Shown piece by piece: positions 40,301 through 53,009 of a stretch of 64,000 nucleotides of DNA. Position 1 is the stretch's first letter, and each line of letters starts with the position of its first letter. The notes under the pieces were generated by a model that saw only the letters and a list, made by a program, of their open reading frames with translations, made no database searches and was not told where the DNA came from. Position numbers and translations under genes: made by a program. This DNA comes from Neocallimastix sp. 'constans' (lineage: Eukaryota): positions 186,001-250,000 of the forward strand of contig JBODTK010000011.1 of the NCBI GenBank assembly GCA_050613775.1, read 5' to 3'.

Positions 40301-43067
40301 TTCTGATTTATTGATATTTTTATTTATATTTTCAATTTTATTAACATCAGCATCCCCTGAATTTAAATTATTAATGAATCTGTCGGTATCTTTTTTAATC
40401 TCATTTGAATTGTTATCAATTATTTTATCTAGGTTTTTATCGCTTTTATTGGAATCTTCCTTCCCATTAATTATTCTATCTTCTTCATCAATTTCAATAA
40501 TTTCAATTACTTTATGATCATCATTACGAATACGTAAGTTATAACCTGATTTATGAGAAGTTTGAGAATTTTCTTTTGTTGCCTTTGAGTTGTTCCTCTT
40601 TCTCGATGAATCCATTTTATTTTCAATGCCATGTACGGTATTTTTATTTGAATTTTCTAAAGATTTTTGTGGCTTATCTTCAGGATTTGACGTATCATCT
40701 TTTGGGGATAACTGGTAATTATTAGAATAGTCATTTTCAAGCGAATAGTTTTCTTCATCAATTACTATAATATCATCTTCACTAGATGAAAGTGTAAAGG
40801 AACTTAACGAATCAATATCATATTCCGAGCTTATATCTGATCCAAAATCACATGCATCTTTTTCCCGCTTATCTTGTAAATAATTAATATAATAGTTCAT
40901 CTTTCTTTCCAGTGATAAATCCACAAGATTTAAAAAGTTTTCGGTATTAAAATTTTCGGAATAAAATTTGGGTCCTTCTTGCTCTCTCATATAAATCATT
41001 TCAATATTATCATTTATTTTGGTAGTTTCTGGATGTTGTGACTTTTTGTTTGAACAAGTTTTTTCAAGCCCCACCAATGATTCTAGTAATTCATTATTTT
41101 GGGGATGGGTTTTTTTACAAGTTTTTGAAAACTTGTATATACTATCTAGTGTTTTTTCACTGATATTTAGTTTCATTGAAACTATTTCTTTATCTTCATT
41201 ATGGTCATTCTCAGATTCATTAGAATGAGACAAATTGATACTATCTTGTTTTTCTTTAATCTTTTCATTACGAATATCAATATCCAAGTTAGTATTTTTA
41301 TTTTCCGCATCTTTTGTATTTTCCTCTCTTTCTTCCTCCTTATTTCCAGTTATATTTTCATTCTTATTACTTTCTAATTTATTATTACTGTTAATTATAC
41401 GAGAAATATTAATTTTATTAGTATTATTGCAATGACTAAGATTATCATCATTAATTCTATTTATATTAAAATTATCATTATTAATGTTATTGTTTTTGAG
41501 ATGAATATCATTACTATTGTTATTATTGATTCTGATAGTAGTATTTAGATTGATATCATTACAACCATGATTACTAATGGTAGTAATATTTTTGGTATTA
41601 TTTGTATATGGCTTTGAATTTCCATTAATGTTTCTTTTCAAATTATTAGAATTTTTATATTTAATATTTTTATCTTTATTGATTACTTTATTAGAAATAC
41701 TTTGATAATTTTTTGAATTTTTATCTTTTAGTATATTATTCATATTTTGGTTTAATTTTTTTCTTTCATTATTATTTAAAGAAATGGTTTCATTACTTAC
41801 TTTCAAATCATTCTGAAATTCAACGTCATTATTAATATCTTCGGATTCATCTATAATGATTAAATCATTATTATCAGTGTTCCTAACATCATGTTTATTT
41901 TTATTCTCATTATTATTATATTCTTTTCCTTTTCTATTGGCTGAATCATTTTTTGATTTTCTTTTATTATTAATACTATTTTTTAATTTTTTTTTTAAAC
42001 TATTTTCATTGTTATTAAAGTTAGCACTATCCTCTTTTAATTTACTATTTAGTATTTTCTTTTCATTTAATATAATATTTTTAAAAATTTCATTAAATTC
42101 AATTTTAATATAACTGTCAGTTTTTTTCTTTTCTGAATTATTCTCAATTATTGGGTTTTTGTATTTATTAGCAATTATATTATTACAAAGTTTTAAAAAG
42201 GCTTCATTAAGTTTTAATACTAAATTAATTCCACTATTACTTAATATTAATTGATCAAAGCAACAATCATACAGATTTTCCGAAACTTCAAAATTATTTA
42301 ATTCTTCCTGACGTTTACTACAACCATTCCCATTTGTATGTTCCTTTTCCTTTTTTTTAAAATTCCTATTTATTACATTTAATTGTTTTCTATTTTGATT
42401 TAATGCTTGAACGTTAAAATTTTTACTTTTCAATTCATTTATATTGGAGATATCATTAGAAGAATTATTTTCTAAGATTTTGCTTCTGTTTTTACCGTTA
42501 TTTGTTTCATTATTGACATCTTGAAAATTTAAAATATTAATATTTTCTTTGGTTTTATTATCATCAATAATTTGAGCATTACTGCTACTTTTTTTGGAAA
42601 CAGAATTTTCATTTTTTGAATCATATTCATCTAAATCAATAATAATTATGTCTTTACTTTGTTTTTTTCGATAATCTCCATTACCATTGTTTCGTTTATT
42701 TTGTTTCCATTTTTTATAATCATTACAATTTTTTCTAGTTCCTTTTTGGTATCATATATAGTAAGATAAGTTATATATTATTATAAATAAATATATATAT
42801 ATATATAAATATTATTAATAAAAAAAATTAAATGTAAATAGAATTAACCATTTAATAATATTTAAAATTTAATTTCTTTTTTTTTTTTTATTAGTTTATA
42901 TTTAACATTATTTTTAATTTTTTATTATTTTTATCTTTATTTTTATTTTTATTTTTATTTATTATATTATTATTATTAAAATTATTAAAATTGCCTATGT
43001 TACTGTTACCTCTTTTCCAATTCCCATTTTTCCTTTTTGTGACATTTTCGATTAAACGTTCTTTCAT
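33596..43067 (-). CDS. Giant Asn-rich low-complexity protein (~3,000+ aa) with an 18-aa repeat array; probably spliced at the 5' end
   Basis: 2945-codon ORF whose frame stays open up to 42751; candidate first exon from ATG 43067 (MKERLIENVTKRK); basic NLS-like clusters; splice sites not resolved. Confidence 0.75.
34220..34480 (-). repeat. Coding repeat TISDNNNNLIRNDENN x4
   Basis: Four copies of TCATCATTACGGATAAGATTATTGTTATT separated by variable (ATT)n. Confidence 0.9.
35060..38350 (-). repeat. Coding minisatellite, 54-bp unit (NNNSNINNKSIINNVPIL), ~60 copies, with an 810-bp higher-order duplication
   Basis: Visible periodicity; identical shadow ORFs at 36033 and 36843 are offset by 810 bp (15 units). 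Confidence 0.95.
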
Positions 43068-43182
43068 ATTAACGTTTAATATCAATATTAAATAAATATA
43101 ATATATAAAAAAAAAAAATATTAATTTAAATAAATAATATAAATATAAATATTAATAAAATATTTCTATTTCATTGAATTAA

Positions 43183-43320
43183 ATTGAATTGAATTGAATT
43201 GAATTGAATTGAATTGAATTGAATTGAATTGAATTGAATTGAATTGAATTGAATTGAATTGAATTGAATTGAATTGAATTGAATTGAATTGAATTGAATT
43301 GAATTGAATTGAATTGAATT
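43183..43320. repeat. (GAATT)n microsatellite
   Basis: About 27 perfect copies upstream of the giant ORF. Confidence 0.97.
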
Positions 43321-43342
43321 AAAATTTTATTTGATTAACTTT

Positions 43343-43375
<33 letters not shown>

Positions 43376-44845
43376 TTGATGAACACATATATATATCTTT
43401 TTTTTTTTATTATTATTATTATTTTATTTTATTTCGAAATAAAGTATAGTTCCAAAAAAAAAAAAAAAAAGAATGTATCAAATTAAAAAAAATTTTTTTT
43501 TTCTTTCCAAAATAAAATAATAAATAATTAAAATTGATTTTAATTAATTTAAATTCTATTCAAATATATTGTTAACCACATATTAAGATTACTATTTGAT
43601 TTATAATATTTATATTTATATTTAATTAATTTTATTTTTTTTTTAATTTAATTAGAAAAATTTTTATTAAAAAAAAAAATTAAAAATTTTTTATTAATTA
43701 ATAACAAGATTTAAATATAAAAGTAAAAGATAGTGAATAGAAGAAGAAGTTCTAGTATTCTTTTTTTATTTATCATCTTTCTATCCATATTATTTTTTTT
43801 AAAAAAAAAATATATCCATTGAACAAAAAAAAAATAATATTTAATATATATTAAAATAAAACAAAAATTATTTTATATGTATAGATATATATTTTTTAAT
43901 TATATATTTAACTCTTATTAAATTAATATATAATAATTATTATTTAATATCTTCCAATTATTATTATTACTATTATTATTATTTAATAAATTTTTTTTTC
44001 TTTTATTGGTACTAGGTTAATAGGTTAGGTCAATACATGACATAATTTAATTCTTTAGCATAGAATTAAATTATTCAGCAGGGCATTTTCAAATTTGACG
44101 AATTAATTTATCTTAAAGTTTTTAATAAATAATTGTTGATTGCTTCTTTCTCCACAACAGTTATTTGTTAGGAAAGAGGTTTAAAATGAAATATGAATTA
44201 TTTATATTGACTTTTATTTATCTTATTAAATAAAAAATAAAAAATAAAAAATTGACTTTTTTATCATAAATACTCTAATAAAAAATAAAAAATTGTCTTT
44301 TTTATCATAAATACTCTCATTTAGCTAGCTTTTTTATTTTAATGTTTTAAATTGTTTATGATACTCTTTAAAAGAAATAATTATTATTTAATATATAGAG
44401 AGAGAAGAGTAATGATATACATTCATATTATATGAATGTGTATCATTTCGCAATTGGGGAGTGTGCATTTCGAAAATTTTTATTACATAAATTTGTATTT
44501 TGTTGTATGGCTTAAATAATTTTAATTTTAAGCCACTTAATTTTATTAAAAATTTAATGAATAATAATTAATTAATTAAATAAATAAAATTACAATTCTC
44601 AAAAATTTTCAAACACGTAATCTTACGTGGGGCGTATATCTAATTGTATCATAAATTTGTGGCTTTTTTCTACATTTTTTAAAAAGCCATATATTCACAA
44701 TATGGCGTGAATAATAAATGTGGTGATATTTTATGACGAAAATTTATAAGCCACCAAGAATTTGGCGAAATTCAACTGGACGAAATTCAACTTTTGGCGA
44801 AATACAACACTTCAATAAATAATAATTAGGTTAGGTATTTCTATT

Positions 44846-44997
44846 TAACATTGAAAAATAAAATAAAAATAAATTAACATTTTATTTTTTAATGCTTAAA
44901 AAAAAAAAAAAAAAAAAAAAAAATAAGAAATAAGAAAACTTTTTTTTTAAACATTGAAAAATAAAATAAAAATAAATTAACATTTTATTTTTTAATG

Positions 44998-45028
<31 letters not shown>

Positions 45029-45110
45029 TAAGAAATAAGAAAACTTCTTTTTTAAACATTAAAAAATAAAATAAAAATAAATAAAAATTTATTTTTTAAG
45101 CATTAAAAAA
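44846..45110. repeat. ~103-bp direct repeat (about 2.5 copies) upstream of the MULE A transposase
   Basis: AACATTGAAAAATAAAATAAAAATAAATTAACATTTT...TAATGCTT(A)nTAAGAAATAAGAAAACT repeated. Confidence 0.8.
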
Positions 45111-45337
45111 TAAAAAAAATAAAATAAAATAAAAAATAAAAATAAAAATAAATAAATAAAATAGTAAATAAAGAAATAATAAATAATTAATAATTAAATA
45201 ATTATTTAAATAATTATATAATTAATTAAAAAAAGGTTTATTATTTTAAATATTAAAAAAAAAAAAAAAAAAAAAAAGTTTCAAAGCATTTAAAAGTATA
45301 TTTATTAAAATATTTTATTGAAAAATTTTAATTATTA

Positions 45338-46772
45338 ATGGAAGACAATATAGAAATTGAAATAAGTGAAACAAATCGAGGAAATGAACAAATTATTATT
45401 AATAAAAAACACAAATTTAATTTTTCATTTCAAAGGAAAGATAAATCAAAAATTTATAGATGCACTGAATATAAGACTTTAAATAAATGTAAATCTTTAA
45501 TTATTTTAAATGATAAAAAGGAGGTTTTAAAATATGAAAGTTTACATAACCATCTCGAAAAAGAAATTGATGTGTCTATATCGGTAGCAAAGCATAAAAT
45601 TAAGGAAGAAATTAAGAAAAATTCAATTCCTATGGATATAAAACCTAAACATATATTTAATGCCGTTTTTCAAGAAATGAGACTTATATGTCCCGAATAT
45701 AGTACAATTAGATCCCAAATAATAAGAAATATAAATAAACAATTTCCTCCAAACATAAAAAGTTTTGATGATATTCCCATTGAATCAGAATATTATAAAA
45801 CGAAAAGAAATGAAAATTTTATGATATTTAAAAATACTGATCTAATAATCTTTCAATCACCATTCCAAGCATATTTATTTTCGAATTATCATAAAAATAT
45901 ATTTGCGGACGGTACATTTTATGCAGCACCGAAATTTAGTTATCAGTTATTTATAACAAGAACTTATGTTGGGGAATTTAATATGTTTTACACTACTTCC
46001 ATTTCTATATTAAAAAATAAAAAACAATCTACATATGAAACATTATTTAAAGAAATAAAAAAAAATCCAAATAAATTTAGGAGTAATACATTAATTACTA
46101 CAATTAATTTTCATTGTGATTTTGAACAAGGTATATCTAATGTCGCAAAAAAAGTTTTTCCCAATATAAATATTAAATATTGTGTTTGCATTATAAAAGA
46201 TCATTAGAAAAACAAAAAAATATATTATGTTATCATGAAGTGAAGAATAATAATGATGTATATATTTATTATAAAGCTATTTCGAACTTACCGTTTATAA
46301 ACCCTAACTATATATTTGATTTTTATATTATAATAAAAAGAATTTGTCAAAAAAAAAGTATAATAATTTTCTACAATTTTAAGAATATTTTAATAAAAAT
46401 TATTTACTTAAGTATAATGTTAATAATTGGAATTATTATGAAAATATAGAGCGTTTAACAAACAATGCATCAGAATCTTATAATAGCTACTTAAATAATA
46501 TATTTCCAAATAAACCTTTATTTTATAAATTAATATATATATTAAAAGAAGAAGAAAACTTATCTTATAATGATTATCAAAGGAGAACTAAAGGAAATTA
46601 GAAAAAAAAGCAAAAAATATTTAGTGCAACTAATGAAATTAAAATTTTAATTGAAAATTACAAAAGTAAGGAAATAAATTTATTTTATAATGAATGCAAC
46701 AGAAATGAATTAATTAAATTATGGAAAGAAAGTTTAATTGATTTAAACGATATAAATATTAATTTAAAATAA
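45338..46772 (+). pseudogene. MULE DDE transposase with an N-terminal FLYWCH/WRKY-like Zn domain, frameshifted
   Basis: YRC...C...HNH; FADGTF; HCDFE; CVWH broken by a 1-nt loss near 46188; TNNASESYN. Confidence 0.9.
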
Positions 46773-47562
46773 ATAATCTTAATTTAAAAAATTGCTAGAA
46801 AAATAAAAATTTATTTATTTTAAATTTATATTTATAATCGTTTAAATAATAATTAAATAATCTTAATTTAAAAAAATGCTAGAAAAAATTATTTATTTAC
46901 CTATTGTGTTTATTTAATAATCTTAATAGAAATTATCTTTTAGTTATTTTTATTAAGTAATTTATAACTAAAATCGATTTATTTGATACTAGTTAAAATT
47001 TTATTAATATTAATATCAATATTATATAATTATAAATTTTATTAATATCAATATCAATATTATATAATTATAAATTTTATTAATATCAATATCAATATTA
47101 TATTATTATAAATTTTATTAATATCAATATACTTTTCAAAATTAATAATGTTATTAAAAATATTAAATTCAATAAAAGATTTTTATTATTTTATTAAAAT
47201 TATAATTGTTATTATTATATAATAATAATAATTGATTCATATTGATCAAACATTATAAATATTACTATGTAAATAATAAATTATTTTAATAGGATCAATT
47301 ATTCAACTCTTATTGTTTTAATTTTTAATTCTTATATCATTTAAATTAATATATATATATATATATATATCGTTTATGAAAATATGAATTATAAATAATT
47401 AAAATTATTTACTTTTCATTTAAATTTTTTTATTTACTATAATAAAATATAATAATTAAAAGACAAACGTTATTATAACTAAATTTTTTTTTTTTAGAAA
47501 AATAAATGAAAAAAAATTAAAATATATAAGATTCTTATATATATAAAATAATTATTATATTA

Positions 47563-50500
47563 TATTTTATTTTATTTTATTTTATTCAATCTGTACTTTA
47601 TATTTATATTCTACTATTTATTTTATTTTATTTTATTTTATTTTATTTTATTCAATCCGTACTTATATTTATGTTTCTACTATTTATTTTATTTTATTTT
47701 ATTTTATTCAATCTATACTTATATTTATATCCTACTATTTATTTTATTTTATTTTATTCAATCTGTACTTCATATTTATATTTCTACTATTTATTTTATT
47801 TTATTTTATTTTATTCAATCTGTACTTTCTTATTTAATATTCTACTTTTTATTTTATTTTATTTTATTTTATTTTTTTTATTTTATTTTATTTTATTCAA
47901 TCCGTACTTTCTTATTTTAATATTCTACTTTTTTTTTATTTTATTTTATTTTATTTTATTTTATTTTATTTAATTCAATCTGTACTTCATATTTATATTT
48001 CTACTATTTATTTTATTTTATTTTATTTTATTTTATTCAATCTGTACTTTATATTTATATTCTATTATTTATTTTATTTTATTTTATTTTATTTTATTTT
48101 ATTTTATTTTATTTTATTTTATTTTATTAAATCTGTACTTTATATTCATATTTCTACTATTTATTTTATTTTATTTTATTTTATTTTATTTTATTTTATT
48201 CAATCTGTACTTTCTTATTTAATATTCTACTTTTTATTTTATTTTATTTTATTTTATTTTATTTAATTCAATCTGTACTTCATATTTATATTTCTACTAT
48301 TTATTTTATTTTATTTTATTTTATTTTATTTTATTCAATCTGTACTTTATATTTATATTCTATTATTTATTTTATTTTATTTTATTTTATTTTATTTTAT
48401 TTTATTCAATCTGTACTTTATATTTATATTTCTACTATTTATTTTATTTTATTTTATTTTATTTTATTTTATTTTATTTTATTCAATCTATACTTTATAT
48501 TTATATTTCTACTATTTATTTTATTTTATTTTATTTTATTTTATTTTATTTTATTTTATTTTATTTTATTTTATTCAATCTGTACTTTATATTTATATTC
48601 TATTATTTATTTTATTTTATTTTATTTTATTTTATTTTATTTTATTTTATTTTATTTTATTTTATTTTATTAAATCTGTACTTTATATTCATATTTCTAC
48701 TATTTATTTTATTTTATTTTATTTTATTTTATTTTATTTTATTTTATTTTATTTTATTTTATTTTATTTTATTCAATCTGTACTTTCTTATTTAATATTC
48801 TACTTTTTATTTTATTTTATTTTATTTTATTTTATTTTATTTAATTCAATCTGTACTTCATATTTATATTTCTACTATTTATTTTATTTTATTTTATTTT
48901 ATTTTATTCAATCTGTACTTTATATTTATATTCTATTATTTATTTTATTTTATTTTATTTTATTTTATTTTATTTTATTTTATTCAATCTGTACTTTCTT
49001 ATTTAATATTCTACTTTTTATTTTATTTTATTTTATTTTATTTTATTTTATTTAATTCAATCTGTACTTCATATTTATATTCTATTATTTATTTTATTTT
49101 ATTTTATTTTATTTTATTTTATTTTATTTTATTTTATTAAATCTGTACTTTATATTCATATTTCTACTATTTATTTTATTTTATTTTATTTTATTTTATT
49201 CAATCTGTACTTTATATTTATATTCTATTATTTATTTTATTTTATTTTATTTTATTTTATTTTATTTTATTTTATTTTATTAAATCTGTACTTTATATTC
49301 ATATTTCTACTATTTATTTTATTTTATTTTATTTTATTTTATTTTATTTTATTTTATTTTATTTTATTTTATTTTATTTTATTAAATCTGTACTTTATAT
49401 TCATATTTCTACTATTTATTTTATTTTATTTTATTTTATTTTATTTTATTTTATTCAATCTGTACTTTCTTATTTAATATTCTACTTTTTATTTTATTTT
49501 ATTTTATTTTATTTTATTTAATTCAATCTGTACTTCATATTTATATTTCTACTATTTATTTTATTTTATTTTATTTTATTTTATTTTATTTTATTTTATT
49601 TTATTTTATTTTATTCAATCTGTACTTTATATTTATATTTCTACTATTTATTTTATTTTATTTTATTTTATTTTATTTTATTTTATTCAATCTGTACTTT
49701 CTTATTTAATATTCTACTTTTTATTTTATTTTATTTTATTTTATTTTATTTAATTCAATCTGTACTTCATATTTATATTTCTACTATTTATTTTATTTTA
49801 TTTTATTTTATTTTATTTTATTTTATTTTATTTTATTTTATTCAATCTGTACTTTATATTTATATTCTATTATTTATTTTATTTTATTTTATTTTATTTT
49901 ATTTTATTTTATTTTATTTTATTTTATTTTATTAAATCTGTACTTTATATTCATATTTCTACTATTTATTTTATTTTATTTTATTTTATTTTATTTTATT
50001 TTATTCAATCTGTACTTTCTTATTTAATATTCTACTTTTTATTTTATTTTATTTTATTTTATTTTATTTAATTCAATCTGTACTTCATATTTATATTTCT
50101 ACTATTTATTTTATTTTATTTTATTTTATTTTATTTTATTCAATCTGTACTTTATATTTATATTCTATTATTTATTTTATTTTATTTTATTTTATTTTAT
50201 TTTATTTTATTCAATCTGTACTTTATATTTATATTTCTACTATTTATTTTATTTTATTTTATTTTATTTTATTTTATTTTATTTTATTCAATCTATACTT
50301 TATATTTATATTTCTACTATTTATTTTATTTTATTTTATTTTATTTTATTTTATTCAATCTGTACTTTATATTTATATTCTATTATTTATTTTATTTTAT
50401 TTTATTTTATTTTATTTTATTTTATTTTATTCAATCTGTACTTTATATTTATATTTCTACTATTTATTTTATTTTATTTTATTTTATTTTATTTTATTTT

Positions 50501-52133
50501 ATTTTATTTTATTTTATTTTATTCAATCTGTACTTTATATTTATATTTCTACTATTTATTTTATTTTATTTTATTTTATTTTATTTTATTCAATCTGTAC
50601 TTTATATTTATATTCTATTATTTATTTTATTTTATTTTATTTTATTTTATTTTATTTTATTCAATCTGTACTTTATATTTATATTCTATTATTTATTTTA
50701 TTTTATTTTATTTTATTTTATTTTATTTTATTTTATTCAATCTGTACTTTATATTTATATTTCTACTATTTATTTTATTTTATTTTATTTTATTTTATTT
50801 TATTTTATTTTATTTTATTTTATTTTATTCAATCTGTACTTTATATTTATATTTCTACTATTTATTTTATTTTATTTTATTTTATTTTATTTTATTCAAT
50901 CTGTACTTTATATTTATATTCTATTATTTATTTTATTTTATTTTATTTTATTTTATTTTATTTTATTCAATCTGTACTTTATATTTATATTCTATTATTT
51001 ATTTTATTTTATTTTATTTTATTTTATTTTATTTTATTTTATTTTATTTTATTTTATTTTATTTTATTAAATCTGTACTTTATATTCATATTTCTACTAT
51101 TTATTTTATTTTATTTTATTTTATTTTATTTTATTTTATTTTATTTTATTTTATTTTATTCAATCTGTACTTTATATTTATATTTCTACTATTTATTTTA
51201 TTTTATTTTATTTTATTTTATTTTATTTTATTTTATTTTATTCAATCTGTACTTCATATTTATATTTCTACTATTTATTTTATTTTATTTTATTTTATTT
51301 TATTTTATTTTATTTTATTCAATCTGTACTTCATATTTATATTTCTACTATTTATTTTATTTTATTTTATTTTATTTTATTTTATTTTATTCAATCTGTA
51401 CTTCATATTTATATTTCTACTATTTATTTTATTTTATTTTATTTTATTTTATTTTATTTTATTCAATCTGTACTTCATATTTATATTTCTACTATTTATT
51501 TTATTTTATTTTATTTTATTTTATTTTATTTTATTTTATTTTATTTTATTCAATCTGTACTTTATATTTATATTTCTACTATTTATTTTATTTTATTTTA
51601 TTTTATTTTATTTTATTTTATTTTATTTTATTCAATCTGTACTTTATATTTATATTTCTACTATTTATTTTATTTTATTTTATTTTATTTTATTTTATTT
51701 TATTTTATTTTATTCAATCTGTACTTCATATTTATATTTCTACTATTTATTTTATTTTATTTTATTTTATTTTATTTTATTTTATTTTATTTTATTTTAT
51801 TCAATCTGTACTTTATATTTATATTTCTACTATTTATTTTATTTTATTTTATTTTATTTTATTTTATTTTATTTTATTCAATCTGTACTTCATATTTATA
51901 TTTCTACTATTTATTTTATTTTATTTTATTTTATTTTATTTTATTCAATCTGTACTTCATATTTATATTTCTACTATTTATTTTATTTTATTTTATTTTA
52001 TTTTATTTTATTTTATTTTATTTTATTTTATTTTATTCAATCTGTACTTCATATTTATATTTCTACTATTTATTTTATTTTATTTTATTTTATTTCATTT
52101 TATTTTATTTTATTTTATTCAATCTGTATTTTC
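47563..52133. repeat. Compound satellite: ~33-bp core alternating with variable-length (ATTTT)n, roughly 60-65 units
   Basis: Core CAATCTGTACTT(T/C)ATATTTATATTTCTACTAT plus at least four variants. Confidence 0.97.
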
Positions 52134-53009
52134 TGTTGATAATATAAAAAAGGTATTAATGTATAAATAATAATTAATAATATTTAAAATAAAATAAAAA
52201 AAATATAATAATTATTTTATATATGTAGTAATTATATATATATATATATATTTTTATTTAATTTTCTAAAAAAAATTTTTTTAGTCATAATAAACGTTTG
52301 TCTTTTTTATTTTTATTATTATTTAGAAATTTATTTATTCATTTATAATTTATTTATTCATTTATTTATTTATTACATTATAATACGCCATGTTTTCCGA
52401 AATGTACTACAACAAAATACAAATTTATGTAATAAAAATTTTCGAAATGACACACCCCCTTCGCAATTGTGTATTTCGCAAAATGTGGCTTAAAAAATTT
52501 TTAAAAAATAAACATATAAATAAATAAAATAATAATAAAATAAATAAATAAATAAAATAAAAAATATTAAATAATAATTGAATTTAATATTTAATAAATA
52601 TGTTAAAAATGATTTATTGTTACTTTTATATTTTATCTTAACTTCTATCAATTTTTAGTTTTATTTTATTATTTAAATTTTAATAAAATGAAAAAAACTA
52701 TATAATATTAAAATTTATATTATTAATAAAAAAACTATATAATATTGATATTGATATTAATAACTATATAAAATATTGATACTGATATTAATAATAAAAA
52801 TAATGATATAAATTATTGATATTCTATATTATATAATATTGATATTAAAAAAAAAAAAAAAAAAAAAATAACAATTATTAAATGGAACAATTTTAATTAT
52901 AATTTAATTTATAAAAAACAACTGAAAAATAATATCTTTTAAAATTATAATCTTAATTAAAAAAGGTTAGAAAAATACTAATTTATAAAAAATTAGTATT
53001 TTATATTAT

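Larger units (their letters stand above)
44456..52459 (+). mobile_element. Mutator-like DNA transposon A (8.0 kb)
   Basis: ~50-bp TIRs GGGG(A/G)GTGTG...CATTTCGAAAATTTTTATTACATAAATTTGTATTTTGTTGTA; perfect 9-bp TSD TTCGCAATT at 44447-44455 and 52460-52468. Confidence 0.93.

Noticed and set aside
33699..42113. Many plus-strand Leu/Ile-rich ORFs (MIDLLLILELLFKIGT...)
   Set aside because: Antisense shadows of the Asn-rich coding repeat; not leucine-rich-repeat or membrane proteins.
43183..43320. Telomere or heat-shock element array
   Set aside because: An interstitial (GAATT)n microsatellite; nothing supports a function.
44042..44074. 13-bp perfect hairpin ATAATTTAATTCT/AGAATTAAATTAT as a Helitron end or terminator
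   Set aside because: Almost purely AT, with no downstream CTRR terminus and no second copy.
47671..47973. Hydrophobic ORF (also 55301-55507 and 61894-62079)
   Set aside because: Translation of simple repeats.
47563..52133. CRISPR-like repeat-spacer appearance
   Set aside because: The spacers are only (ATTTT)n of variable length, there are no cas genes, and the context is eukaryotic.
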